A DNA stretch of 64,000 nucleotides from Thalassobaculaceae bacterium (GCA_965228875.1 OZ245843.1:2028616-2092615); one strand, 5' to 3'. Shown: positions 32,541 through 42,568, numbered from the stretch's first letter. Numbers and translations: made by a program. Notes: generated by a model from the sequence alone, not told the origin.

Positions 32541-33233
32541 TCAGTCGCCGGTCCGCCCACCGGGCGTCAGCTCGAAGTGGTTCGCCCTCTCGTCCGGGTC
32601 GCGACCGCCGCCGTCGACGGTATAGCCGAGGCTCTCGGCCCAGGCACTGGCCATGCGGGTCTCGGCCCTTTCCATCCGCTCGACCTTGGCCAGTTCCCCG
32701 CGCCACTGGTCGGCGGAGACCAGACGGGAGTCGAGCGGATAGATGCAGAGCAGGATGCGCCGGATCTCCGCTCCCTGAAGGCGCATCGGCAGGATCAGTC
32801 GGTCATAGCCGAACGACCTGGTCAGAATCTGGAATTCCCGTCGGTAATAGAGGGCGCGCTGTTCGTCGACCGCCTTGCGGAGCGCCCGCGCGACCTCCTC
32901 GGCGACATCGTGACCGTAGGCTTCGTTGATCAGCAGGCCTGTCGGGTCTGCCCCCAGGAGCTTCTTCAGCGCGTCGCCCACCATCAGGTAGCGGGCGCGG
33001 ATCGGAAACCCTTGCGGGATGGTCTCGTCGTCTTCCGCGTTGGGGCCGACATCGAGCAGGGCGATGTTGGCGAGGCAACCGGGCATGTCCTGGATCGCCA
33101 GATCCTTCTGACGCGGCGGTCCGTCCTCGGAGGCGCGGGACCAGTACGCGTAGAGGTCGGCCATCTCCGGGCGATGAATCGCTGTCAGTGACAGATATTC
33201 CGCCGTGTTCGACCAGATCCGGAACCGTGACAT
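32541..33233 (-). CDS. PAS_5-type domain protein
   Basis: LYAYW...PPRQKDL...LANIALLDV...RYLMVG...YDRLILPM. Confidence 0.7.
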   Translation of the reverse strand: MSRFRIWSNTAEYLSLTAIHRPEMADLYAYWSRASEDGPPRQKDLAIQDMPGCLANIALLDVGPNAEDDETIPQGFPIRARYLMVGDALKKLLGADPTGLLINEAYGHDVAEEVARALRKAVDEQRALYYRREFQILTRSFGYDRLILPMRLQGAEIRRILLCIYPLDSRLVSADQWRGELAKVERMERAETRMASAWAESLGYTVDGGGRDPDERANHFELTPGGRTGD

Positions 33234-33448
33234 CGCTGCAGTGAAACCGCTCTCATGGGCACGCGCGGCACAAGGGCCACCGTTCCGATATAGGGCCGCA
33301 GGCCGATTTGCCATCGTCACCGTGGCCGGAAATCCCGCCGAAGCCTTCGGTTCCGGGCCACGGCGGGTCCCGAAAACCGCCGGCCCGGCGCCATGCTGTC
33401 GGCATACCGCCTCCGACACCCCGGAGGCGGTAGCTTGGATCCGCCGCC

Positions 33449-33949
33449 TCAGAGAGCGTCGACCGCGGTGTGCCGGATCTTCGGCCAGGTCGCTTCTGCG
33501 GCGGCTAGCACCGCCTGCCTGTCGGCGAGGTACTTCCGGAAGACGGCCTCGTTGACGAACAGGTACAGCCTGCCATCGACGATGTCGGCATAGCGGGCGT
33601 CGCCGTCGAGCTTCTTGCCGAGCGAGACGCCGAGCGCGCAGAAGCCGCCGTACTGCGGCAGGAAGGCGTCAGGTTCGCGCGAGAAGCGGTCCCGCGTCGC
33701 CGCCGACGCGAAGTAGTAGTCGACGCCGTCATGCGCCGCCGTGAACTCGGCGTTGCCGAGCCTCGGCGCCTCTCCGTCGAACAGGGACGTCGGATCGATG
33801 CCGTGGACCCCGAGCGGCTTGCCGGTGAGCGTCAGGCCGTTCGACACGTTGTACTCGTCGGCCGCGTACGCTGCGGACGTGTGGAGGACCGGGGCGTAGA
33901 AGATTGCCACCGCGGAGGCGAAGGCGAGGAGAGTCTGTCTCTGAGTCAT
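33449..33949 (-). CDS. Periplasmic YHS-domain protein
   Basis: Signal peptide, GIDPTS, YYFAS, PQYGGFCALG, IVDGRLYL. Confidence 0.88.
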   Translation of the reverse strand: MTQRQTLLAFASAVAIFYAPVLHTSAAYAADEYNVSNGLTLTGKPLGVHGIDPTSLFDGEAPRLGNAEFTAAHDGVDYYFASAATRDRFSREPDAFLPQYGGFCALGVSLGKKLDGDARYADIVDGRLYLFVNEAVFRKYLADRQAVLAAAEATWPKIRHTAVDAL

Positions 33950-34029
33950 CTCTCTGTTCCTTGTGCTGAATGTCTTGCGAGCAGTCGACCGGGAGGCAGT
34001 CGACGGGGAGCCACCGACCGGGCGGCGGG

Positions 34030-34884
34030 TCAGGCGCCGCGGGCGATACGCTCGACGGCCTCGTCGGTCCACCAGACCGCGTTGGCGATCATCCGGAAGT
34101 TGATGAGCGCCGCGAGGTAGCCGTCGCCCTCGGGCACCTTGGCGCCGGCGGTCGCATCGCGGACGACCGCCACCTCGAAGCCGGTCTCAAGCAGCTCGCG
34201 CATGTGGCTCTCGACACACAGGTTGGCGGACATGCCGGCGAGAATGACCTTGTCGATGCCGATCTTGCGGAGCTGGAGAACCAGGTCGTTCTGCTCCGGC
34301 CCGTAGACCTTGTGCGGCGAGCAGACGATGGTCTCGCCGTCCTCGATGTACTTCTTGTACTGCGGCATCCAGTCGGCGCCGGAGCCTTCGAAGCCGGTAA
34401 GGTCGAGCGGGTCCTTGCGGTCGAACATGCCGATGCCGTGCATCACCCGCTCGAGCGTTCCCTCGAACCGCCACTTGTGATCCTGCGGATAGTAGTAGTG
34501 CGGCGAGACGACGACCGGCATGTCGGCGGCCTTCGCGGCCATGAACAGGCGTTCCAGATTGTCGACCACGCCCTGCTCGCTGACGCTCTCGCCGACCACA
34601 CCCCAGGCAACACCCGACGTGTCCAGGAAATCGACCTGCGGATCGACGACGACCAGCGCCGTCCGGGCGGGATCGATGGTCATGTCGATCTGCGGCAGAC
34701 CCGGTGTCTCCGGATCGGCATAGGCGGCGCGCGCCTGCTCGGTGGCCGCCGACGCGGTGCCGCTCGCGCCGACGGCACCGGCGGCCGCCGCTCCCGCCGC
34801 AGCGGCCAGCAGCCGACGGCGGGACATGTCGACATGGTCATGGGCGCTGCCGCAGCCGCAGGCGTGATCGTGCTTGGTATCCAT
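34030..34884 (-). CDS. Tat-exported cysteine hydrolase (isochorismatase family)
   Basis: SRRRLL Tat motif; D (VVDPQVDF), K (SPHK) and C (SANLCVE) triad. Confidence 0.9.
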   Translation of the reverse strand: MDTKHDHACGCGSAHDHVDMSRRRLLAAAAGAAAAGAVGASGTASAATEQARAAYADPETPGLPQIDMTIDPARTALVVVDPQVDFLDTSGVAWGVVGESVSEQGVVDNLERLFMAAKAADMPVVVSPHYYYPQDHKWRFEGTLERVMHGIGMFDRKDPLDLTGFEGSGADWMPQYKKYIEDGETIVCSPHKVYGPEQNDLVLQLRKIGIDKVILAGMSANLCVESHMRELLETGFEVAVVRDATAGAKVPEGDGYLAALINFRMIANAVWWTDEAVERIARGA

Positions 34885-35075
34885 CTCTGTACTCCTTCTC
34901 TTCGGTTTGGGTGCTTGGTCTGGCCGTCGAGACGGATCCGCCGCCAGGCCGGTCGAGGGCCCGGCGGCGACCGCCGGGCAGACCCCTCCCGTTCGCGGAC
35001 GTCGCCCGTCCGCGGCGGAGTGGGGTGTCGGTTCTTCGGTGGGCCGATATCGACCGGCCAGTGAGGCGCCTCGGC

Positions 35076-35540
35076 TTACAGGCCGAGGGCGGACAGCCCG
35101 GAATGGTCCTCGGGACGCGGTCCCTGCGGCCATCGGAACAGGCGTTGGCGTTCGCTGATCGGCAGATCGTTGATCGACGCCACCCGGCGCCGCATCAGTC
35201 CGTCCGGCGCAAACTCCCAGTTCTCGTTGCCATAGGCCCGAAACCAGAAGCCGCTGTCATCGCGGTACTCGTAGGCGAAGCGGACCGCGATACGGTTGTC
35301 CCGAAACGCCCAGAGCTCCTTGATGAGCCGGTAGTCCAGTTCACGTGCCCACTTTCGGCTCAGGAACGCGACGATCCGCTCGCGTCCCTCGAACGTCTCC
35401 GCCCGGTTCCGCCATTGGCTGTCCGGCGTGTAGGCAAGCGCCACCTGCTCCGGGGACCGTCCATTCCAGGCATCCTCGGCTTTGCGGACCTTCAGCGCGG
35501 CCGTTTCCTCGTCGAAAGGGGGAAAGGGTGGACGGCTCAT
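35076..35540 (-). CDS. DUF1348 / NTF2-like protein
   Basis: RPPFPPF...KAEDAWN...WRNR...[15 protein letters not shown]...YGNENW. Confidence 0.93.
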   Translation of the reverse strand: MSRPPFPPFDEETAALKVRKAEDAWNGRSPEQVALAYTPDSQWRNRAETFEGRERIVAFLSRKWARELDYRLIKELWAFRDNRIAVRFAYEYRDDSGFWFRAYGNENWEFAPDGLMRRRVASINDLPISERQRLFRWPQGPRPEDHSGLSALGL

Positions 35541-35615
35541 TGCCCGTCTCCTCGTATTGGCGGAAAGGCGCGTGCCGCGGGTCGGCCTCGGCAGGTCCCG
35601 CGGCACGCCGAAACC

Positions 35616-36164
35616 TCAGGCCGCGTTGGCGCTGACGGCGGGAAAGTCGATCGGCGTACCGAACGCCTCGTTGAGGTAGTTGGTCAGCGTGTTCAGCGCG
35701 ACGTGCGCCACGATCTCGACGATCTCGCCGTCGCTGTATCCCGCTGCCCGCACGTCGGACACCGCGTCGTCGCTCACATGCCCGCGCTCGCGAACCAGAG
35801 CCACGGCGAACCGGACCGCCGCGTCGGCCTTGGCGTCGCCTGAGGTACCCGCACGGTTCGCGGCGATCTCGGCGTCGTCGAGCTTGGCCAGGTTCTTGGC
35901 CAGGTAGGTGTGGGCGGACAGGCAGTACGCGCAGCCGTTGATCTGCGCCACGGCGAGCGCGATCCGCTCCCGAGTCTGCGGCTTGAGCGTCCCTTTCGCG
36001 AGGGCGCCGTTGAGGCCCAGGTAGCCGTCCAGGGCGGCCGGGCTGTTCGCCGTCATGCGGAACAGGTTCGGAACGCTGCCGAGCATCTTCTCCACCCCCT
36101 TCAGCAGGGGCTGTGCGGCGGTCGGGGCGGCATCGATGGTGGCGGGAAGCGGAAGACGGGTCAT
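35616..36164 (-). CDS. AhpD/carboxymuconolactone decarboxylase family peroxidase-related protein
   Basis: VPNLF, RERIALAVAQINGCAYCLSAH CxxC motif. Confidence 0.92.
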   Translation of the reverse strand: MTRLPLPATIDAAPTAAQPLLKGVEKMLGSVPNLFRMTANSPAALDGYLGLNGALAKGTLKPQTRERIALAVAQINGCAYCLSAHTYLAKNLAKLDDAEIAANRAGTSGDAKADAAVRFAVALVRERGHVSDDAVSDVRAAGYSDGEIVEIVAHVALNTLTNYLNEAFGTPIDFPAVSANAA

Positions 36165-36215
36165 CACTGGCTCCTTGGGTAGGCGCGACATGCGCGTCGT
36201 TTCGATGAACAATGA

Positions 36216-36235
36216 TATACAGACTGGTCTGTCTA
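36216..36235. promoter_or_regulatory. Palindromic TetR (NemR-like) operator TATACAGACTGGTCTGTCTA
   Basis: Near-perfect dyad in the divergent ahpD/tetR promoter. Confidence 0.7.
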
Positions 36236-36303
36236 TATTCAAGAACAATTATCACCGCGGATTCCAGGGAAGTCGTTGCATTCCCCGGCGCCCGCCCTCA
36301 GCT

Positions 36304-36323
36304 TATACAGATCTGTCTGGTAT
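36304..36323. promoter_or_regulatory. Second, related operator TATACAGATCTGTCTGGTAT
   Basis: Similar to 36216-36235, directly upstream of tetR. Confidence 0.55.
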
Positions 36324-36352
36324 CAATGCCGCATGCAGAAGGAGCCGCCGCC

Positions 36353-36949
36353 TTGTCGACCCGCCGCGATGACCTTGTCGATACCGCCCTGCGCCTGTTC
36401 TACACGCGGGGTTTCCACGCGACCGGGATCGACAGGATCCTGGCCGAGTCCGGCGTCGCCAAAATGACGCTCTACAAGCACTTCAAGTCGAAGGACGAGC
36501 TGATCCTCGCCGCCCTGGAGCGCCGGGACGAGCAGTTCCGGACCTGGCTGACGGGCGCGATGGAGCGGGCCTCCTCCGACCCGCGCGAGCGCCTGCTGGC
36601 CATGTTCGACGCGCTCGAGGAGTGGTTCCACGGGCAGGCCTTCAAGGGGCTCGGCTTCTCCGGCTGCGCCTTCATCAACGCCTCCGGCGAGTTCGCCGAT
36701 CTGGACCACCCGGCCCACCGCACGTCGTGCGATCACAAGCAGCGTATCGTGGATTACCTGACGACGGTCTGCGCCGCGGCCGGAGCCGAGGCCCCCGCGG
36801 CCCTCGCCGAACAGCTGGCCCTCCTGAAGGAAGGCGCGATCGTCACGGCCCAGGTCCGGGGCATGCCGGCTGCCGCCAGGACCGCGAAGACGATCGCGGC
36901 GGGACTGATCGCCGCCGCCCTCACGGACCCGCCGCCCGCCGAGGCCTAG
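36353..36949 (+). CDS. TetR/AcrR family regulator
   Basis: TTG start after GAAGGAG; GFHATGIDRILAESGVAKMTLYKHFKSKDEL, GCAFIN. Confidence 0.93.
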   Translation: MSTRRDDLVDTALRLFYTRGFHATGIDRILAESGVAKMTLYKHFKSKDELILAALERRDEQFRTWLTGAMERASSDPRERLLAMFDALEEWFHGQAFKGLGFSGCAFINASGEFADLDHPAHRTSCDHKQRIVDYLTTVCAAAGAEAPAALAEQLALLKEGAIVTAQVRGMPAAARTAKTIAAGLIAAALTDPPPAEA

Positions 36950-36995
36950 TAGACTGTAGCAGAGCTCGAGTACGGTCTCGGTTTTGGGCCGGGAC

Positions 36996-38102
36996 TCAGG
37001 CCGTCCGCTTCTCCAGCTCGTAGCCGCCGTTATAGGCGTCGCTTTTCCGGCGGACCTGCGAATGGTCGACGATCCGCTCGCGCGCGATGCCGCGAAACTC
37101 CTCGATCGAGGAGAAGCCCTTGCGCTGCAGATACTCGCTCAGATCGACGGTCAGTTCCTGGATGAGCTTGACGCCGACGCCGCCGCTGCCCTTCTCCTCC
37201 ATGGCGGCCGTGCAGACCTGCAGGTTTCCGGCCCCGTGCACGATGAAGTTGAAGGCCTCGTGAAACCCTCTGATGCCGCCGATCCCGGAAATCGCCTTGT
37301 CCGGGAATGCCCGGGACAGATCGGACACCCGCTGCAGGGCTTGGTTCAGAATGGCCAGTCCTCCCTGCCCGCCGGAGGTCACGAGACCATCCACCTCGAC
37401 CTCGAACTTGAAGGTCTCCGGGTCCATCAGGGGAATGGACGGGAACGTGTTGCACAGCGAGATGGAGGCCGCGCCCGCGTCGTATGCGGCTGCGGCGGCA
37501 TCCACCAGCGTGGAACTCGACGGTGTCAGCTTGACCCAGACCGGAACGCTGACCACGCCGGTGACCGCCCTCAAAATCGACCGGATGATCTCTTCGTCGT
37601 TGGCGATGTGCGCGCCCATGTCCTTGCGGTCCATGTGCGGGCAGGACAGGTTCAGCTCGAGCGCGTCGCACCCGACATCGACGCAGGCCGTCGCCAGCTT
37701 GCGCCAGTTGTCCATCTCCTCCTCATTCCCCGCGCCGGCCATGATGGACGCGATCAGCATCCGGTCCGGATAGGTGGCCTTGATCTCCTCCAGATCGGGA
37801 AGCCACTGCTCCAGCGGCTGATCGGAAATCAGCTCCCAGTTCCAGGATGAGTGGGAAACGGTCTCCGACCGCTTTGTGCGGGAGACATAGGGTTTGGACT
37901 CGCTCGCACGCTGAAAGATCGTTCTCGGCCCCGCGACGTTCTCGACCGGGTGCAGACCGATGGTCTTGGTGACGACCCCGCCCCAGCCGGCCTCGAAAGC
38001 CTTGAGGATCTTCCGCTTGCTCTCCGTCGGCGGCGCCGACGCCAGGACAAACGGATTAACAAACTCAAGACCTGTGAACGTCGTAGCAAGCGTGTGTTGC
38101 AT
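36996..38102 (-). CDS. preA: Dihydropyrimidine dehydrogenase PreA-like FMN subunit lacking the C-terminal 4Fe-4S domain
   Basis: NPFVLASAPPT, GWGGVVTKT, NWELISD, LELNLSCPH, VWVKLTP, ISGIGGI, LQVCT. Confidence 0.82.
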   Translation of the reverse strand: MQHTLATTFTGLEFVNPFVLASAPPTESKRKILKAFEAGWGGVVTKTIGLHPVENVAGPRTIFQRASESKPYVSRTKRSETVSHSSWNWELISDQPLEQWLPDLEEIKATYPDRMLIASIMAGAGNEEEMDNWRKLATACVDVGCDALELNLSCPHMDRKDMGAHIANDEEIIRSILRAVTGVVSVPVWVKLTPSSSTLVDAAAAAYDAGAASISLCNTFPSIPLMDPETFKFEVEVDGLVTSGGQGGLAILNQALQRVSDLSRAFPDKAISGIGGIRGFHEAFNFIVHGAGNLQVCTAAMEEKGSGGVGVKLIQELTVDLSEYLQRKGFSSIEEFRGIARERIVDHSQVRRKSDAYNGGYELEKRTA

Positions 38103-38291
38103 AGCGGATCCTTGAGTCGTTTGAAGAGGGAATCGTCAGTTTGGAATCCTGAGATGTCAATGGTTTTCCTGGTCGGACCGCCCCGGAACCCGGCCGGTGG
38201 GCGATGGAGCGAGGCGAGCGGCGTTCGCGGTGTTGCACCGTGCCTCGGCGTTGCCCCACACTTCGGGTTTACCGTTACCGGAGACCTCCCT

Positions 38292-39239
38292 ATGGCCGAG
38301 TTCGACGACCCGATGGTGCGCCCGCGCTACGTGGGCATTCCGACGTTCATGCGCGCGCCCTTCGCCGATGACTGGCGCGGGATCGATATCGCCATGATCG
38401 GCGTTCCCTACGACGGCGGCGTGACCAACCGGCCGGGGTCGCGCCACGGCCCGCGCGAGGTGCGCAACGCCTCAAGCATGATGCGGAAGATCAACCAGGC
38501 GACCGGCGTCTGCCCGTACGAGCTCGCCCGCATCGCGGACATCGGCGACTGCTTCGTCGAGCGCCCGTTCCAGCTCGAGGGGGCGCATGAGGAGATCGGG
38601 CGCTTCTTCGCCGGGGTGGTAGACGCCGGGCTGGTGCCGCTCTCGGTCGGCGGCGATCACTCCGTGACGCTGCCGATCCTGCGCCAGATCGGCAGGGACG
38701 CCCCGGTCGGACTGATTCAGATCGACGCCCATGCCGACACCGGCGACGACTATCTCGGCTCGCGGTTCCACCACGGCGCCCCGTTCCGCCGGGCCGCCGA
38801 GGAGGGCGTGCTCGATCCCAAGCGCACCGTGCAGATCGGCATCCGCGGCGGCGTCAACGACCGCGACATCTGGTCGTTCAGCCACGAGAGCGGCATGCGG
38901 GTGATCTACATGCACGAGATCCCGGAGATGGGCCTGGAGGCGGTCATCGCCGAGGCGCGCCGCGTGGTCGGCGACGGCCCGACCTATCTCTCCTTCGACA
39001 TCGACGCCTGCGATCCGGCCTATGCCCCCGGTACCGGAACGCCGGAGTTCGGCGGCTTCACCGCCCTGGAGGCGCAACGGCTGATCCGCGGCCTGTCCGG
39101 CATCGACTTCGTCGGCGCCGACATGGTCGAGGTGGCGCCCCCCTTCGACCCCAGCGGCAATACCGCGCTGCTCGGTGCCACTGTGATGTTCGAGGAGCTG
39201 TGCGTCCTGGCCGAGGCCTTCTCCCGCCGGGCCGGCTGA
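38292..39239 (+). CDS. Ureohydrolase (agmatinase family) 2
   Basis: PRYVGIPTFMR, RPGSRHGP, GGDHS, DAHAD, HGAPF, DIDACDP, PGTGTPE, EVAP. Confidence 0.93.
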   Translation: MAEFDDPMVRPRYVGIPTFMRAPFADDWRGIDIAMIGVPYDGGVTNRPGSRHGPREVRNASSMMRKINQATGVCPYELARIADIGDCFVERPFQLEGAHEEIGRFFAGVVDAGLVPLSVGGDHSVTLPILRQIGRDAPVGLIQIDAHADTGDDYLGSRFHHGAPFRRAAEEGVLDPKRTVQIGIRGGVNDRDIWSFSHESGMRVIYMHEIPEMGLEAVIAEARRVVGDGPTYLSFDIDACDPAYAPGTGTPEFGGFTALEAQRLIRGLSGIDFVGADMVEVAPPFDPSGNTALLGATVMFEELCVLAEAFSRRAG

Positions 39240-39361
39240 CCGGACATTCCGGCCGCGGTTGCGGATCGAGTGCCAATTCTCCCTCTACGGATGCCATAGC
39301 CGGCGGGGTCAGGTAAGCTCGGCCCCTGATCTGGCTTCCGATCCGGGAGGAGTGCACCGGA

Positions 39362-40801
39362 ATGCTGCGGGCGATAGCACTGTTGGGCGCGGCTCTCGCT
39401 AACGGTCTCGTCGCCTGTCTCGTCCTCGGCCCGTCCATCGGTCCGGCCAACGCACTGGACGCCTCCAGGTTCGACCCGCCGCCCGGGACCTCCACACCGC
39501 CCGGGACTTCCACACCGACCGGGACCGGCGCGCCGCTGCCGTCCCCCCTTCCCGCCCGCGCGCCCGCCCCCTCGCCGGAGGCCGACCCGACCGGTGTGGA
39601 GAACCGCGACGCGATCGCCGTGGTGATCGGCAACCGGCGCTACGCCCACGGTCTGCCGGAGGTCCGCTACGCCGAAAACGATGCCCGGGAGGTCCGGCGG
39701 TTGCTGGAGACGGTACTGGGCTACCGGGACGGCAACATCATCGACCTGCGCAACGCCTCCCAGGCGGAAATGCTGTCGGTCTTCGGCAATGCCGCCGATC
39801 ATCGCGGCAAGCTCTGGTCGTTCGTGCGACCCGGCGTCTCCGACGTGTTCGTCTACTACTCGGGCCATGGCGTGCCCGGGCTGCGCGACCGACGCGGCTA
39901 TCTGCTGCCGGTCGACGCCGACCCGGCGACACCGGAGATCAACGGCCTGTCCGTCGACCTTCTGCTTGGCAACCTCGCCAAGCTGGAGACCCGGTCGACG
40001 GTGGTCATGATCGAAGCCTGTTTCTCCGGCAACTCCGCAGCGGGCTGGCTGATCGGCTCGGCGTCGCCGGTCTTCGTGCGGCGGGCGCCGGCCGTCCGAC
40101 CCGAAGGCATCACGGTGATCTCCGCCGCTCGCGGCGATCAGGTCGCAAGCTGGGACGAGGAGGCGCGGCTCGGCCTGTTCACCCGCCATGCCATGGACGC
40201 GCTGCTGCGCGGCTTCGCCGATACCGGGGCGGCCGGCAACGGCGACGGTGCCGTCACGCTCGGCGAACTGGAGGCGTATCTCGATTCCGAGATGTCCTAT
40301 GCCGCGCGCCGACGGTTCCGCCGCGCCCAGCAGGCCAGCGTCCAGGGCGATCCGAAGACGGTGCTGGTGCCGGCGGTGCGTCGGCCGGCACCCCGTCCCG
40401 CACCCGCCGCGTCCCTGGCGGCCGTCCCGCCCCCGAGGTCTCCACTGCCGACCGTTGCCCGCCCGGCACCGCAGTCGGGCCGGTACCCGCCGCACGGACC
40501 GAAGGTCGCAGACGGTCAGACCTTCGCGCAGCGCCACTGGCCCGAGATCCGGGGTCGGATCCTCGACTACTACCGGCGCCAGGGCGGCTCCTGGGACTAT
40601 CGCGGCGGCAAGGGCGCCTACGAGCAGGGGGAGCGCATCTCGCGCATCGAGTCCTGGCGGGTCTTCGCGGTGGCTCCAGCCCACCTGGACATGGTCGTGA
40701 CCTACCATTGGTTCGGCGGCGGACGCGACGAACGGGCGGAAGCGAACTTCCGGCTGTCGGTCGGCGCCGACGCGCTGTCGGTCGCGAAGATGTGGCGATG
40801 A
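39362..40801 (+). CDS. Exported caspase-family (peptidase C14) protein with an unknown C-terminal domain
   Basis: Signal peptide, AVVIGN.RY, YAENDA, FVYYSGHG (His169), YLLPVD, IEACFSG (Cys220), GLFT. Confidence 0.9.
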   Translation: MLRAIALLGAALANGLVACLVLGPSIGPANALDASRFDPPPGTSTPPGTSTPTGTGAPLPSPLPARAPAPSPEADPTGVENRDAIAVVIGNRRYAHGLPEVRYAENDAREVRRLLETVLGYRDGNIIDLRNASQAEMLSVFGNAADHRGKLWSFVRPGVSDVFVYYSGHGVPGLRDRRGYLLPVDADPATPEINGLSVDLLLGNLAKLETRSTVVMIEACFSGNSAAGWLIGSASPVFVRRAPAVRPEGITVISAARGDQVASWDEEARLGLFTRHAMDALLRGFADTGAAGNGDGAVTLGELEAYLDSEMSYAARRRFRRAQQASVQGDPKTVLVPAVRRPAPRPAPAASLAAVPPPRSPLPTVARPAPQSGRYPPHGPKVADGQTFAQRHWPEIRGRILDYYRRQGGSWDYRGGKGAYEQGERISRIESWRVFAVAPAHLDMVVTYHWFGGGRDERAEANFRLSVGADALSVAKMWR

Positions 40802-42438
40802 TCGCGCCACTCCGTTGGGCCTCGGCTCTCCTCGCCCTGGTCGTGTGGCTCTGCGGCGCGCACCCGCTGCCGGCAGCGGCGGATGACGGCTGGACCCGCG
40901 CGCTGCTGTCATCGGCCGAGCGTCTCTGGAACCCGCTCCCCCCGGGGAGCCGGATCGCCCTGCGGCCCCTCGACCCCGACGACAGCGGCCTGCCTGACGG
41001 CCTGCTGCGCGAGGTCGAGCAGGCGCTGGCAGCGGCTCTGCTGGCGACGGCACCGCCCGGTGGGGCGATCGCGACACGGCGCGATCTGCCGGCGGTCTGG
41101 GAGGAGGTGGAGAGTTTCGCCGACGCACCGACCCGTCGGTTGCTGGCCGACGCGGCGGTCGATGCGGTGGTGGTTCCCGCGATCGGGGAGACGGCGGACG
41201 GGGTCGGGGTGTCCGGAGTTCTGATATCGGTCGGCGAGGGCGACGCGGGCACGGTGCTGGCGACCCTGCCGGGGGTGGCGCTGCCGGTGGATGTCGGCCG
41301 TTTCGATCTTGCCGACGCGGCCGCCGCAGCTCGGCGCCTCGGCGTGGCGCTTGCCGAGGGTCTGCGCCTGTCTTCCGACCCGGTCGCCCAGTTCGCGGTC
41401 CGGATCGAGCGCCACGGGCCGCGCAGCGACCTGACCGACTGGTTCGGCGCCATGGTCGAAGGCTGGCTGTCCCGCCGCCTGGCGGAGCCCCCACGATACA
41501 TCGCGCGTTCCTTGCGGGACCTGGGCGCGCCGCCGGCGGATGCCACCGTCCGCCTTGAGATGGAGGCCTGGGACCAACGGGAGGGGCGGGTCGACGTCCA
41601 GGCGCGAGCCGCCATGGATGGCGCCAGGGCGGCGGCGACGGTGCGGGTCGCGGCCGCCTCGATCCCGGCGGCCTTCCGGCCCCTGACCCGTGACGGTGGG
41701 CGGATCGGACGCGGCCTGTTCGCCGCTGCCGCAACCTACGTTCCCGACCGCCGGACCGATCCCGTGGAAGCCGGGTTCGCCGCGCGGGTTCTGGCGCGCG
41801 CCGCCGTGATCGACGACCGCCTGCGGCAGGGCGATGGGCCGCACAGGGGCGTCGGCCAGGACGCCGTGGCGCGGGCCATGCGAGGGCTCGAGCGGGCGAT
41901 CCCCCACGAGGAGATCTGGCGGAACCTGCCGGCCGACAGCGGGACGGTCGCACGCGCGGTCCGCGCCCGGGTGGCGGCCGTGGGTGGGGCCGACGCCCCG
42001 CGCCTCGAGGCGGCCGTCGACCGCGCCCTTCACCGCGACGGGGAGCCGTTGCGCGCCCGGCTCACGGTCCGCGGCGGCCGGGCCTTCGTCGCGGCCTATG
42101 CCTGGCAGGCCGATGATACGGTGGTTCGGATCGCCCCCACCGGCCTCCAGGCCCGGCCGGTCGAACCGGAACGCCGGCTTTCCATCCCCTTCCCCGGCGA
42201 GGCCGAGGTCGCCGCGGCGGCGATGCCGGGCTCGCTGGAGACGATGGAGGCGGTGATCGTGGTCGCGTCGGCCATGCCGTTCGCCGCCGATGCGCTGGCG
42301 CCGGCCGCGGCCGGATCGCCGGACGCGAGCCGCGCGGCAGCGGTCGCCATGAGCGGATTCCTCGACGCTCTGGCCCGGCTCGACCTGGCGCGGGTCCGGC
42401 TGGCAGTCCTCCCCTACCGGGTCCGTGCGGGCGAGTGA
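40798..42438 (+). CDS. Exported protein with a CsgG/FlgO-like N-terminus and DUF4384-like C-terminus
   Basis: ATGA overlap with the caspase gene; signal peptide ending AAA; RIALRP...ATRRDLPAVWEE; DRALHRDGEPL...AYAWQADDTVVRIAP...EAVIVVAS. Confidence 0.65.
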   Translation: MIAPLRWASALLALVVWLCGAHPLPAAADDGWTRALLSSAERLWNPLPPGSRIALRPLDPDDSGLPDGLLREVEQALAAALLATAPPGGAIATRRDLPAVWEEVESFADAPTRRLLADAAVDAVVVPAIGETADGVGVSGVLISVGEGDAGTVLATLPGVALPVDVGRFDLADAAAAARRLGVALAEGLRLSSDPVAQFAVRIERHGPRSDLTDWFGAMVEGWLSRRLAEPPRYIARSLRDLGAPPADATVRLEMEAWDQREGRVDVQARAAMDGARAAATVRVAAASIPAAFRPLTRDGGRIGRGLFAAAATYVPDRRTDPVEAGFAARVLARAAVIDDRLRQGDGPHRGVGQDAVARAMRGLERAIPHEEIWRNLPADSGTVARAVRARVAAVGGADAPRLEAAVDRALHRDGEPLRARLTVRGGRAFVAAYAWQADDTVVRIAPTGLQARPVEPERRLSIPFPGEAEVAAAAMPGSLETMEAVIVVASAMPFAADALAPAAAGSPDASRAAAVAMSGFLDALARLDLARVRLAVLPYRVRAGE

Positions 42439-42513
42439 CGCGCCGACGATCGCCCGCACCCATCGAACACCACGACGATTGCGTGTGGCCGAGCTCCGAC
42501 GCACACTGTCGGG

Positions 42514-42538
42514 GGAAAACCCGCCCGCGCCTTCCATG
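42514..42538 (+). promoter_or_regulatory. Repeated promoter-like motif, copy 1 (GGAAAA...TTCCATG)
   Basis: GGAAAACCCGCCCGCGCCTTCCATG, 30 bp before ATG 42569. Confidence 0.6.
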
Positions 42539-42568
42539 AACCCGCCGCAACCAATGGAGGGCGCGGTC

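Noticed and set aside
33449..33949. Selenoprotein in the YHS family
   Set aside because: The GGFC position is encoded by TGC (Cys); there is no in-frame TGA
38103..38291. Guanidine riboswitch before the ureohydrolase gene
   Set aside because: No ykkC, mini-ykkC or ykkC-III consensus recognised by eye
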